Origin: Bacillota bacterium
Lineage (GTDB): Bacteria > Bacillota > Clostridia > Acetivibrionales > JAFADI01
Direction: 5' to 3'
DNA: 64,000 nucleotides
Assembly (NCBI GenBank): GCA_023424965.1
Contig: JAFADI010000100.1
Coordinates: forward strand, 5,349-69,348
The notes under the pieces are model-generated. The model had not been told where the DNA came from. It saw only the letters and a list, made by a program, of their open reading frames with translations, and made no database searches. How positions within the stretch are numbered: the first letter of the stretch is position 1; the number at the start of each line of letters is the position of its first letter. This document shows positions 43,888 to 53,438 of the stretch, one piece after another. A program made the position numbers and the translations under genes.

Positions 43888-46095
43888 TTATTTTGTGAAC
43901 GCCTTTGCAAATTCCAGGATCGTTTGCTTGCTTTCCGTGAACCTGTCGATAACTACCGCCGCCTGCTGGCGTTCGGCCCGGCCTTTTGCATCAAAGATTT
44001 TGACGCCGCTTCCCTTCATCAGGCCGGTGGACATGGCAAATTCCACATAGTCTTTTGCCCAGTCCGATATCTTATCCTTATCGTTAAGACTGTTTACATT
44101 TTCCGGTTCAAGCTTTCCTGCAAGGCTGTCATCGGATATTCCGAGGGAACGCACAAACATTGTGGCAATTTCCTCCCTGGTACAGACTTTATCCGTCCCG
44201 AACTGGTCGGAAGACAGGCCTTTTACAATCCCTTCCCTGTAGGCGGCCTCCACATAGCTGTATGCCCAGTGGTCCCTGGGTACATCCTTAAATGTGGCAT
44301 TCTCAGGTACATTGCCGGTATCGATGTTCAGGGAGTTCACCAGCATCTTTATCATTTCCGCCCGGCTGACAGCGTTCCGGGGATTGAAGTGGCCGTTTTC
44401 GTTTCCGGAGATGATATTTCTCTTGTTCAGATTGATGATGGACTGCTTTGCATAATCTGCGCTGGAATCAATATCCTTGATTGTGATTTCAGGCCCTGAG
44501 CTTTCCTCTCCGGCCTCCAAATCCTCCGCAGCCACAAATGCCTGCTGCCCCGACGGAAGCAGTATACGGTAAAAGTCTCCATCCTGGCGCAGAATGCGAA
44601 GCTGCGTTCCTTCCGGAAGCCTGTCGGTCACGCCATAGTGTTCCATGGGGCCTTCACGGACTTCCACTTCCTCTTTCACCGTGGTTCCCCATCGTTCGGG
44701 GATGTTGTCCAGATCGGCCATCTCCACATAAACTGCCGGAATATGGGCAACTACACCGTCCTTGATCAATATCTTGTATGCCCCTCTGGGTTCAGCCCTT
44801 TGCGGATCGTAGCCCAGTACGGTGAATACCTGTCCCTTGTAGGCGGTATAGCCGCTCCCTGTGGGATCAAGGCTTATCAAAACGCTGTCTGTGGAAACCT
44901 TCACCTTTTGAACAGGCTGGGGTACGCTTATCTGCATACCGTCGGTAAGCAGCACTCCGGCATCCTCCATCAGCAATCCCTTATAATATCGATAGTCATC
45001 CTGGCTGACATATACATTCACATAATACATGCCGTTGTATGGAGCAAAGCCCGCAAAATCCTTTCCGTCCCAGGTGAAGGAATAGGTGCCGACCTTTGCA
45101 TTGTCTTTGGCAAACAAGGGCTGGGTCGCATTATAGCCCATGGAATCGGCCATGTACACCGCCAGGTGTGTTACGTCCTCCGCCAGCGTAATTTTCCCCT
45201 GCACCATGTCCTGGATTCCGTCACCGTTGGGTGAGATGACAGGCCTGTCCAGCTCTGCATGGGTAACAATCTGCTGCAGCCTTTCTTTGGGAACTCCACT
45301 GTCCTGGCTGTCCACCATGAATTTCGAATTTGTCCAGTACTCCTGTGGATAGCCGGTAGGATGGTTGTAGTTCAATTCATAGCCCTTGAATACCACATAA
45401 TACATTCCCCTGGGAACGATCATGCCGTTTTCATCCTTACCGTCCCACGTAATTTCATGGACCCCCGGCTCCAACATCTGGCCCTCGGTACTGAAGCGGT
45501 CCGTTCCGTCCCTTCCTCCGCTTCTCAGTATGGTCTTAAGGCTGGCATGCCTGTTTAAGGTAAAGCGTATAGTGACAGGAGAATAGCTGTCATTATAGGA
45601 CGGCGAAATAACTGCCGCACTAAAAGTAATATTCTCTACCAGCGGTTTGGGGTTGGGCTCCGCCACAACGGTAATTTTGCCCATGTCGATGGCGCCGGTT
45701 TTATTGGAAGCCTCATCGTTCAAATACAGCTTCAAGGTATATTCTCCCGGAGTCAAAGGCTTTTTCTTTTCCTCGTCCCAGGGAGCCCAGTTCACTTCGT
45801 GTTCCGCACTGTAGTCGGAGGTCCAGGGATCCAGTTCGATTTTTGTGGAGCTTTCATTTCCGATCACGTCAATATAGCCTCTCGTGGGCTCATCCGTTTT
45901 TACCACTGCGGTCAGATAACCCGGTACCGCATTTCCCTCGTATGCAAGCACCCTGGACGAGATACTGCCGGAAAGCATTTTCGGCGCCTGTATATCGCTG
46001 CCTGCGGCAAGTGCCAGTGACGGAACCATTGTCAACACCATCACCATTGCCAGAAGCACTGCAAAAATCCTTTTGACTTCTCTATTTCTTTTCAC
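43888..46095 (-). CDS. cell-surface protein with Ig-like (FlgD-Ig-type) repeats, an SH3-like region and three C-terminal SLH domains
   Basis: GTG start at 46095 (AAGGGGGGAAAG upstream). Signal peptide ...VPSLALAAG. SLH motifs FKDVPRDHWAYSYVEAA and ISDWAKDYVEFA. Confidence 0.8.
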   Translation of the reverse strand: MKRNREVKRIFAVLLAMVMVLTMVPSLALAAGSDIQAPKMLSGSISSRVLAYEGNAVPGYLTAVVKTDEPTRGYIDVIGNESSTKIELDPWTSDYSAEHEVNWAPWDEEKKKPLTPGEYTLKLYLNDEASNKTGAIDMGKITVVAEPNPKPLVENITFSAAVISPSYNDSYSPVTIRFTLNRHASLKTILRSGGRDGTDRFSTEGQMLEPGVHEITWDGKDENGMIVPRGMYYVVFKGYELNYNHPTGYPQEYWTNSKFMVDSQDSGVPKERLQQIVTHAELDRPVISPNGDGIQDMVQGKITLAEDVTHLAVYMADSMGYNATQPLFAKDNAKVGTYSFTWDGKDFAGFAPYNGMYYVNVYVSQDDYRYYKGLLMEDAGVLLTDGMQISVPQPVQKVKVSTDSVLISLDPTGSGYTAYKGQVFTVLGYDPQRAEPRGAYKILIKDGVVAHIPAVYVEMADLDNIPERWGTTVKEEVEVREGPMEHYGVTDRLPEGTQLRILRQDGDFYRILLPSGQQAFVAAEDLEAGEESSGPEITIKDIDSSADYAKQSIINLNKRNIISGNENGHFNPRNAVSRAEMIKMLVNSLNIDTGNVPENATFKDVPRDHWAYSYVEAAYREGIVKGLSSDQFGTDKVCTREEIATMFVRSLGISDDSLAGKLEPENVNSLNDKDKISDWAKDYVEFAMSTGLMKGSGVKIFDAKGRAERQQAAVVIDRFTESKQTILEFAKAFTK

Positions 46096-46358
46096 TAACT
46101 TTCCCCCCTTTTCTAAAACGCATACGGATACTATCATAAGTTGCAGCCGGGGGAAAATTCAAGCTGTAATTAATGGCATTCATCCCACATGGTAAACATC
46201 TTTTCCAGGAACTTTATTGTCTGCATAAGCTGTTCTCTAAAGCTGCGGGAATTTGAAGCCCGGCTTTTGCCCAGCCTATTGGATGCCGTCTAAACAAATT
46301 AGCTTTTCCGGTCATAGCTTTATCTTTTATTTCCTCGCTTTAAGGATGGTCGGGTCCG

Positions 46359-46387
46359 TTGACTTCCTTCAGAGCCGGACCTATACT
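46359..46387 (+). promoter_or_regulatory. sigma-A type promoter TTGACT-17-TATACT for the HK/RR operon
   Basis: -35 at 46359-46364 and -10 at 46382-46387, about 40 nt upstream of the ATG at 46427. Confidence 0.5.
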
Positions 46388-46426
46388 TGAATTAACACCC
46401 ATATGAAAGGATCGCCGGAGGTTTAT

Positions 46427-48256
46427 ATGCCGAACACTTTAAAAGGGAAAATTTCTTTTATCTATTTGTGCCTGGTAATGATGACCGGAATCGTGGGAAT
46501 CACCTCCTTTCTCAGCCTTTTCAGCCTGGGCAGGTCCATCGACGGGCTTATGACGGACAACTACAAAAGCATCGGCGCGGTCACCAACATGCTGGATGCC
46601 ATCGAAAGGCAGGACAGTGCCGTTCTGATCTACATCAATGTGGACAGGCACAAGGGCATCGATCTCTTCTCTGAAAACAACACCTCCTTTTTGAAGTGGC
46701 ATAATGTGGAATATAACAACGTGACGGAGTCCGGGGAAAAAGAGCTCGTCGAAAATATCAACCATTCCTATCTGAAATATGTGAAGCTTTTCTCCGAGCT
46801 CCAGGAGATACGAAATTCCCAGGGCGTGGAAAAATCCGTGAGCTTCTACAACGATACGGTGATGCCCGATTTTATAAATCTCAAAAGCCAGTTGAAGGAT
46901 TTGATCTCCCTCAATGAAAAAGCCATGTTTAAAGGCAAGGACGAGGCTACAGAAAATGCAACCAGGTCTGTTTATGTGGTGTCCGGCCTGACGGCCCTGG
47001 CTATTCTGGGGGGATTCCTGCTTTCAAGATTTTCTGTCAACCGCTTTTTAAGGCCCATTTACTCCCTCATTGGAGCCATTAAGGAAATCAAGGCCGGGAA
47101 CATGAACCGGCAGGCGGAGGTCATGGGAAAGGACGAAATTGCAGAGCTCACCCTGGAATTCAACCATATGACCCAAAGACTCCAGCAGTATGAACAGAGC
47201 AATCTTGGAACGCTGATGTCCGAAAAGAACAAATCCCTCGCCATTGTCAAAAATATTTCCGATCCACTGATCGTATTGGACACCAACTTCAGGGTAATCC
47301 TTTTAAACGACGCCTGTGAAAGCTTTTTCGAAATCAGCGAGGAGAAGGCTATGAGCCGGCACTTTCTGGAGAGCATCCGCAATGGAGAGCTTTACGATTT
47401 CATATGTGATGCGGTGGATTCCAGGGAAGAAACCCTGCAAAGGATTCTTCATTTGAAATCAGGAGATGAGGATTACTATTTCAATGTCATTGTTTCAAGA
47501 ATAAAAAATTTTGATTCAAGCCTGAACGGGCTGGTAATCCTGCTTCAGAACGTGACCCAGCTCAAACAGCTGGATAAGATCCGCACCGATTTCATTGCCA
47601 CAATCTCCCACGAATTCAAGACACCCCTCACCTCCATCATGATGGGAACCAACCTCCTGTTGAAGAAGGGCATGGGACCATTGAATGAAGAACAATCGGA
47701 TGTGCTCCAGGCGATACAGGAGGACGGCGAACGGTTGACCGCACTGGTAGACGACCTGCTGGAGCTCACCAGAATAGAGTCCGGAAAGGCGGTTTACAAA
47801 TTCGAGGCCTGCTCCGTCGATGGAATTCTGGCCACCTCGGCAAAGCAGTTCTACGGCCAGGCCAGGCAGCGGGACATCAACCTGCTGTGCGAATATGAGG
47901 AGGGCCTTCCAAGGGTGCGGGCCGATTATGAAAAAATTACCTGGGTTTTGAACAACCTCCTGTCCAACGCCTTCAAATATACCAACAGCGGAGATGACAT
48001 CGCCGTTTCCGCCATGGTAAAGGACGGTCGGATGCACATTTCGGTAAAGGATACCGGTGTGGGCATCCCGGAGGAATATATCGGGAGGATTTTCGATAAA
48101 TTTGTGCAGGTGAAGGATGGGAACTTCGAAGTCCGGGGGACCGGATTGGGGCTTGCCGTCGTAAAGCAAATCATTGAGGCCCATGGGGGCCGGATCTGGT
48201 GCGAAAGCCGGCTGGATTCCGGCAGCAGCTTTACCTTTACTTTAAATCTGGAGTGA
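46427..48256 (+). CDS. sensor histidine kinase (helical-bundle extracytoplasmic sensor, HAMP, PAS, HisKA, HATPase)
   Basis: ATG at 46427 follows GGAGG. Two TM segments, HAMP, H-box SHEFKTPLTSI, then DTGVGIP and GTGLGLA. Confidence 0.9.
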   Translation: MPNTLKGKISFIYLCLVMMTGIVGITSFLSLFSLGRSIDGLMTDNYKSIGAVTNMLDAIERQDSAVLIYINVDRHKGIDLFSENNTSFLKWHNVEYNNVTESGEKELVENINHSYLKYVKLFSELQEIRNSQGVEKSVSFYNDTVMPDFINLKSQLKDLISLNEKAMFKGKDEATENATRSVYVVSGLTALAILGGFLLSRFSVNRFLRPIYSLIGAIKEIKAGNMNRQAEVMGKDEIAELTLEFNHMTQRLQQYEQSNLGTLMSEKNKSLAIVKNISDPLIVLDTNFRVILLNDACESFFEISEEKAMSRHFLESIRNGELYDFICDAVDSREETLQRILHLKSGDEDYYFNVIVSRIKNFDSSLNGLVILLQNVTQLKQLDKIRTDFIATISHEFKTPLTSIMMGTNLLLKKGMGPLNEEQSDVLQAIQEDGERLTALVDDLLELTRIESGKAVYKFEACSVDGILATSAKQFYGQARQRDINLLCEYEEGLPRVRADYEKITWVLNNLLSNAFKYTNSGDDIAVSAMVKDGRMHISVKDTGVGIPEEYIGRIFDKFVQVKDGNFEVRGTGLGLAVVKQIIEAHGGRIWCESRLDSGSSFTFTLNLE

Positions 48257-48272
48257 TAAGGAGGACCGCCCT

Positions 48273-48854
48273 GTGAAAAAAATCCTGGTGGTGGACGACA
48301 CCAAAAATATCCGGCTTTTGCTCAGCAAAAGCCTCACCCTGGAGGGGTATGAAGTAGAAACGGCAGCGGACGGCCGGCAGGCCCTGGACATGTTCAATGC
48401 AAACCGGTATGACCTGGCATTCCTGGACATCAAGCTGCCCGAGGTCAGAGGCACGGAGGTGCTGCGGAGAATCCGCGAAATGGGAATTATGACCCCGGTC
48501 GTCATCATCACCGCCTATGCCACCGTCAAAAATGCGGTGGACTGCACCAAAATGGGGGCCGTAGCTTATCTACAGAAGCCCTTTACAGGGGATAAAATCA
48601 AAGCCGTCATGGAGGAATTGGGTGCCTTTGCTTCAGGCAGCCGGTGTGGGGAGGTGAAAAATGGAATTGATGCCGCCGAGTCCCTCATTGCGCAGGGAAA
48701 ATTCGCTCCCGCCCTGGAAATTCTGAAAGCCGAGCTCTCGAAGGACATGGAAAATCCCCGTCTGTACCTGCTGATCGGCAAGGCATACGAAGGGGACGGC
48801 CAGAGCACAAAGGCGGAGAAATTTTTCAACGCCTGCAAGCTTTTCAGCAGTTGA
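48273..48854 (+). CDS. response-regulator receiver protein with a TPR-like helical C-terminal extension (no DNA-binding domain recognised)
   Basis: REC motifs VVDD, FLDIKLP and ITAYA. The C-terminal ~70 aa are helical (AESLIAQGKFAPALEILKAEL...LLIGKAYEGDG). GTG start after AAGGAGG. Confidence 0.8.
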   Translation: MKKILVVDDTKNIRLLLSKSLTLEGYEVETAADGRQALDMFNANRYDLAFLDIKLPEVRGTEVLRRIREMGIMTPVVIITAYATVKNAVDCTKMGAVAYLQKPFTGDKIKAVMEELGAFASGSRCGEVKNGIDAAESLIAQGKFAPALEILKAELSKDMENPRLYLLIGKAYEGDGQSTKAEKFFNACKLFSS

Positions 48855-48895
48855 TAATCCTCCGCCCTATTTTTTGAGATTTCTTATACACCATA

Positions 48896-50038
48896 CTAGA
48901 TATCGTTGGCAATCAAATGGATATCCACGTTGTTGAGCTTTTTGATCAGACGGTTTACCGTCGAACCCCGGAGCAGGGTTTCAAGCTTTGTCCTCTTGGG
49001 ATATCCCATGAATATCTGGGTGATATGCTTTTCATTGGCCCAGCGGGCCAGTTCCTCCGAAACGCTTTTGCCTTCCAGGGTGCCAGTCTCCGCACCCAGC
49101 TGCTTTGCAAGCTGGAAATGCCCGTGGAGCTGCTGTCTTTCTTTTAGCGATACCTTTCGTGCAAAACGGTTTGTACAATTTACCGTCACCACGTACAATT
49201 CACACCGGTAGCGGCTGGCAAGCCTGGCTCCGCGGCGGATGAGCTTCTTTGCCGTGCTGCTGGGGCTGATGCATACCATGATTCTCTCGACGGTCCTCCA
49301 GTTGTCCCGGATTCCTTCCTTTTTCATATACTCGGCCAGGTCCTCGTCCACCTCTTCCGCCGTTTCACGGAGAGCAAGCTCTCGCAAGGCATTCAGGTTT
49401 CCCTTCCGGAAAAAGCTTTTCAATGCCTGGGGCACCTTGGAGAGGTCATATACATTGCCGCGCATCAGACGGTTTTGAAGGGCGTCGGGAGTCAGGTCCA
49501 CCACAACAACCTCATCCGCCCGCTGCACCACATAGTCGGGAATCGTTTCCTTCACTTTGACCCCGGTGATCTGGAGAACCACATCATTCAGGCTTTCAAT
49601 ATGCTGGATGTTCAGCGTGGAAATGACATTGATCCCATGGCACAGGAGTTCCTCCACGTCCATGTACCTTTTTTTGTTTTTCGAGCCCGGCACATTGGTA
49701 TGGGCCAGTTCGTCCACCAGGACGGTCTCCGGCTTTCTTGCGATAATCGCCTCGGTGTCCATTTCTTCCATCTCAGTGCGGTCGTATCTGACCTTTTTTC
49801 TTGGAATAATTTCAAGCTCACCGATTTGACTGTCCGTTTCCGCGCGGCCGTGGGCCTCCACATAGCCGATTACCACCTCCTGCCCGTATTTCTTCCTCCG
49901 GTTCCCTTCATTCAGCATGGTAAAGGTTTTACCTACACCGGGAGCGTAGCCGATAAAAATCTTCAGCCGGCCCCGCTCTTCCTTGCTGCATATTTTCAAA
50001 GCCTCTTCAGGCATCAATCTTTCATTTTCCACACGCAT
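48896..50038 (-). CDS. stand-alone KdpD N-terminal sensor domain + Usp domain protein (no TM or kinase part)
   Basis: 380 aa. LKIFIGYAPGVGKTFTML...VDELAHTN...NIQHIESLND aligns by eye, residue for residue, with the N-terminus of the full-length KdpD at 60235. It ends after a USP-like domain. Confidence 0.85.
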   Translation of the reverse strand: MRVENERLMPEEALKICSKEERGRLKIFIGYAPGVGKTFTMLNEGNRRKKYGQEVVIGYVEAHGRAETDSQIGELEIIPRKKVRYDRTEMEEMDTEAIIARKPETVLVDELAHTNVPGSKNKKRYMDVEELLCHGINVISTLNIQHIESLNDVVLQITGVKVKETIPDYVVQRADEVVVVDLTPDALQNRLMRGNVYDLSKVPQALKSFFRKGNLNALRELALRETAEEVDEDLAEYMKKEGIRDNWRTVERIMVCISPSSTAKKLIRRGARLASRYRCELYVVTVNCTNRFARKVSLKERQQLHGHFQLAKQLGAETGTLEGKSVSEELARWANEKHITQIFMGYPKRTKLETLLRGSTVNRLIKKLNNVDIHLIANDI

Positions 50039-50233
50039 TTTGCAACCTCCCAGTACTTCTTCCGTTGTGGGACTGTCCCCTCCATATAATAAGCCACTTC
50101 CGCAGGTAATTCAAGCAATAATTTATGTGAATTTTTTTGTTTTCATCCTGCTTTTCCCTTCATATATTCCTGTGGAATTGCCCAGACTAAACAAATAAAA
50201 GCTTGGCTAAATAACCGCAGAAAGGAGCACCCG

Positions 50234-51142
50234 ATGTCCAAAGTAAAAAAAAGACCGTTAAAGACCTTGCTATTTGCAGCTTTTCTTTGCATCTCAACTA
50301 CAACTGCCGCATATGCTTCTCCGCCACCGTCACCCGCTCCCTTCGACTATACCATCAGGAAAGGCGATACAATGTACCTCCTGGCTTTAAGGTTCAACAG
50401 TACTGTGGATAAAATCGCTTCATCAAATCCTCAAGCATCCCCTGACAACCTTATGGTCAAAAGCAAGTTGAAGATCACTCCCGGCGGAGGAATAGTCCTC
50501 CATCCTGTCGCTAAAGGCGATACTCTATGGAAAATAGCCGTGAGGTACCAGAGCAGCGTGGATGCCATCGCTGCAAAAAACCATATTGAAAACCCCGATC
50601 TGATCTTTGAAGGGGACATACTGGCCATTGCCGACCCGGCAGACCAGAAGGAAATCATGCGCCTATCCGGACAGGTTGTCAACTATATTAAGAACAGGGA
50701 TTATTCCAGCCTTTCAAAGGTGGCCCATCCGGAAAAATGGATTCGCTTTTCTCCCTATGCCCATGTGAATATTCATAGTGACGTGGTGTTCTGGCCCCCT
50801 ACAATATCAAAATTCTCCAGCAGCAAAACAAAATATGAGTGGGGTGCTTATGACGGTACAGGCGAACCCATCTACCTCACGCCTTCCCAGTATTTTGACA
50901 GGTTTGTCTACAACCGGGATTTTGCGGCAGCCGATAAAGTAAGCTTCAACCGGGTAATGGGAAAGGGCAACTCTCTTGAAAACCAATTTGAGGTCTACCC
51001 CAGGGCAGGCATTGTTGAGTATTATGTAAGAGGAACAGAAAAGTACGGCTACATGGATTGGCAAAGTCTCCGGCTGGTGTTCGAAAAATATAACGGCAAA
51101 TGGTATTTGACGGGCATCATTCACAACGAGTGGACCATCTGA
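50234..51142 (+). CDS. secreted protein with two LysM domains and an uncharacterised C-terminal domain
   Basis: Signal peptide, then YTIRKGDTMYLLALRF and HPVAKGDTLWKIAVRY LysM repeats. Confidence 0.8.
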   Translation: MSKVKKRPLKTLLFAAFLCISTTTAAYASPPPSPAPFDYTIRKGDTMYLLALRFNSTVDKIASSNPQASPDNLMVKSKLKITPGGGIVLHPVAKGDTLWKIAVRYQSSVDAIAAKNHIENPDLIFEGDILAIADPADQKEIMRLSGQVVNYIKNRDYSSLSKVAHPEKWIRFSPYAHVNIHSDVVFWPPTISKFSSSKTKYEWGAYDGTGEPIYLTPSQYFDRFVYNRDFAAADKVSFNRVMGKGNSLENQFEVYPRAGIVEYYVRGTEKYGYMDWQSLRLVFEKYNGKWYLTGIIHNEWTI

Positions 51143-51151
51143 TGCCGAGGG

Positions 51152-51187
51152 CCCTCTCCCTATGGATGTCTATGGGAGAGGGTTTTT
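51152..51187 (+). terminator. intrinsic terminator after the LysM gene
   Basis: CCCTCTCCC...GGGAGAGGG followed by TTTTTAT. Confidence 0.8.
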
Positions 51188-51238
51188 ATCCTCTGTCACC
51201 CTATGCTTTCCTACAGTGTTACAAATCAAATGAAGGTA

Positions 51239-51298
51239 TTGACAACGACATACCAAACTGATACTATTTGACCATAATATATATTTTAGTCAAATAGT
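51239..51298 (+). promoter_or_regulatory. promoter TTGACA-17-TACTAT with an overlapping 10-bp perfect inverted repeat (candidate TetR operator)
   Basis: -35 at 51239-51244 and -10 at 51262-51267. The IR is ACTATTTGAC (51263-51272) / GTCAAATAGT (51289-51298). Confidence 0.6.
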
Positions 51299-51313
51299 TT
51301 AAGAGGTGTCACA

Positions 51314-51916
51314 ATGCCCAAATCCTATTCCGAAAATGAACGGACCTACATTAAGCGCCGGCTGATGGAAGAGGCCCGGCTGTGCCTGGACCGGTTCGGC
51401 CTGCGGAAAACAACCGTTGACGAGCTTGTCAAAAGGGTCAACATACCCAAAGGCACCTTTTATCTCTTTTACGAATCCAAAGAGCTTTTATTTTTTGACG
51501 TGCTTTCCGAGTTCCAAAATGAAGTACAGGCAAAACTGTTCCGTGAAATATCCTCCCAAAAGGACGGTATAAATCCTTCAACCCTCACCCGGCTGCTGTG
51601 GGAGCTTTACAAAGCCGTAGAGAAATCCTTCCTTCTCAAATTTGTGACAAACGGAGAGCTGGAGCTTCTGATACGCAAGTTGCCGCCCCGGGTGGCCCAG
51701 GAGCATGCGGCGGTGGACGACCTCCATGTTGAACACCTGCTCTCCCTGGTACCCAATATGAAAAAAGACAAGCTGCAGGTATTCAGCGCCGCCTTGAGAG
51801 GGATTTTCCTGTCCATGCTGCACAAGCACGAAATCGGTGCGGAGGTTTTTGACGACGCCTTGAAAATGATGATTCACGGCGTGGTCCTTCAGATGTTTGA
51901 GGAGGAATCGATATGA
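51314..51916 (+). CDS. TetR/AcrR family transcriptional regulator
   Basis: N-terminal HTH (GLRKTTVDELVKRVNIPKGTFYLFY). Confidence 0.88.
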   Translation: MPKSYSENERTYIKRRLMEEARLCLDRFGLRKTTVDELVKRVNIPKGTFYLFYESKELLFFDVLSEFQNEVQAKLFREISSQKDGINPSTLTRLLWELYKAVEKSFLLKFVTNGELELLIRKLPPRVAQEHAAVDDLHVEHLLSLVPNMKKDKLQVFSAALRGIFLSMLHKHEIGAEVFDDALKMMIHGVVLQMFEEESI

Positions 51917-52758
51917 TTCGTGTGGAAAACTTGGGGTTTAGTTATACCAAAAAGCCTTTTATCCGGGACATGAATTTTGAGGTAAAAGACGGTGAAATTT
52001 TCGGATTCCTGGGGCCCTCCGGCGCAGGCAAAAGCACCTTGCAGAAAATCCTTACGGGACTCATTGGGGGCTATGAGGGCAGCGTCCTGGTAAACGGCGT
52101 CGAGGCAAAAAAACACGGCGCCGGTTTTTATGAGAATATCGGTGTGGACTTCGAATTTCCAAGCCTTTACGAAAAACTCACTGCCAGGGAAAACCTGAGG
52201 TTTTTTGCCTCCCTTTACCGGAAGCACCGGGACATGGGCGAACTCCTTGACTGCGTGGGCCTCCTGCCCGACGCAGAAAAAAAGGTCTCCGATTTTTCCA
52301 AGGGCATGAAATCAAGGCTTAACTTCGTCAAAGCCCTTTTGCACGATCCATTGCTGCTGTTTCTGGATGAGCCCACGTCAGGCCTCGATCCTTCAAATGC
52401 AAGGCTTATGAAGGATATTATCCTCGCACAGAAGGCAGGCGGGAAGACCATTATCCTCACTACCCACAACATGTACGACGCCGCTGAGCTATGTGATCGC
52501 GTGGCTTTTATTGTGGATGGGAGCATCCGTGCTCTGGACACTCCCCGCAATTTGATCATGTCCAGGGGAGCCTCCAGAATACGTTATACCTATAGGAAAA
52601 ACGGCCGGGAGGAAGAGGGCGAGACCTCCCTTGACCGGACAGCGTCCGATCCCGTTTTGACACGTCTTGTCGGGATTAACGGGCTGCTGTCCATCCACAG
52701 CAGCGAGCCCACGCTGAATGACATTTTCGTAGAGATCACAGGGAGGCGGCTGCAATGA
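51913..52758 (+). CDS. ABC transporter ATP-binding protein (ABC-2 / drug-exporter type)
   Basis: Walker A GPSGAGKST, signature FSKGMKSRL, Walker B LLFLDEPTSGLD. Overlaps the TetR stop by 4 nt. Confidence 0.9.
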   Translation: MIRVENLGFSYTKKPFIRDMNFEVKDGEIFGFLGPSGAGKSTLQKILTGLIGGYEGSVLVNGVEAKKHGAGFYENIGVDFEFPSLYEKLTARENLRFFASLYRKHRDMGELLDCVGLLPDAEKKVSDFSKGMKSRLNFVKALLHDPLLLFLDEPTSGLDPSNARLMKDIILAQKAGGKTIILTTHNMYDAAELCDRVAFIVDGSIRALDTPRNLIMSRGASRIRYTYRKNGREEEGETSLDRTASDPVLTRLVGINGLLSIHSSEPTLNDIFVEITGRRLQ

Positions 52759-53438
52759 GAATGAAGGCTTTGCTCACCGGAGATGTGCATTTTCAGTTCA
52801 AATACGGTTTTTATTTCCTGTATGTGATTTTCTCCAGCATATATATCGGCCTGCTTTTGGCATTTCCCGTGTCCTGGAGGGAGAAAGCCGCCATTCTGAT
52901 GGTGTTCTCGGACCCCGCGACCATGGGGCTCTATTTTATGGGGGCCATTGTGCTTTTTGAGAAAAGTGAAAGGGTGCTGGACAGCCTCGCCGTTTCTCCC
53001 GTCAAGCCGATGGAATATGTTCTGTCAAAGCTGTGCTCCATCTCAGTGATTTCCACAGTAGCAGGCCTTGTCATCGGATTTTTTGGGGGCGGAATTTCAA
53101 ACAGCTTTTATTTTATTGCTGGCCTTATCCTCTGCTCCTCCCTGTTTTCCTCCATAGGGCTCATGATCGCCTCCAGTATTTCAACGCTCAATCAGTTTAT
53201 TCTGGCCACAGTCCCTGCAGAATTGCTCATAAATGTTCCAGCCGCAGCCTATCTGTTCGGGTGGAAAAAAAGCTGGCTGCTTCTCCATCCGGGAGTATGC
53301 ATGATGGAACTGTGTACCGGAGGCCCGGGCGCTCCGTCGTCACTAGGGATTCTATTTCTATGGGCTCTCGCCCTTGCTCTGCTTGCCGGGCGTGCAGCCG
53401 GCAGAATGTTTCAGGTACTGGGAGGTATGAAGCTATGA
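52755..53438 (+). CDS. ABC-2 type exporter permease, subunit 1
   Basis: 227 aa, about 6 TM segments. Overlaps the start and stop of its neighbours. Confidence 0.75.
   Translation: MRMKALLTGDVHFQFKYGFYFLYVIFSSIYIGLLLAFPVSWREKAAILMVFSDPATMGLYFMGAIVLFEKSERVLDSLAVSPVKPMEYVLSKLCSISVISTVAGLVIGFFGGGISNSFYFIAGLILCSSLFSSIGLMIASSISTLNQFILATVPAELLINVPAAAYLFGWKKSWLLLHPGVCMMELCTGGPGAPSSLGILFLWALALALLAGRAAGRMFQVLGGMKL

Noticed and set aside
53033-53434. Upstream 134 codons of the 371-aa ORF 53033-54148
   Set aside because: It is out-of-frame overlap with the preceding permease gene. The ATG at 53435 with an ATGA stop/start overlap gives a normal 237-aa permease.
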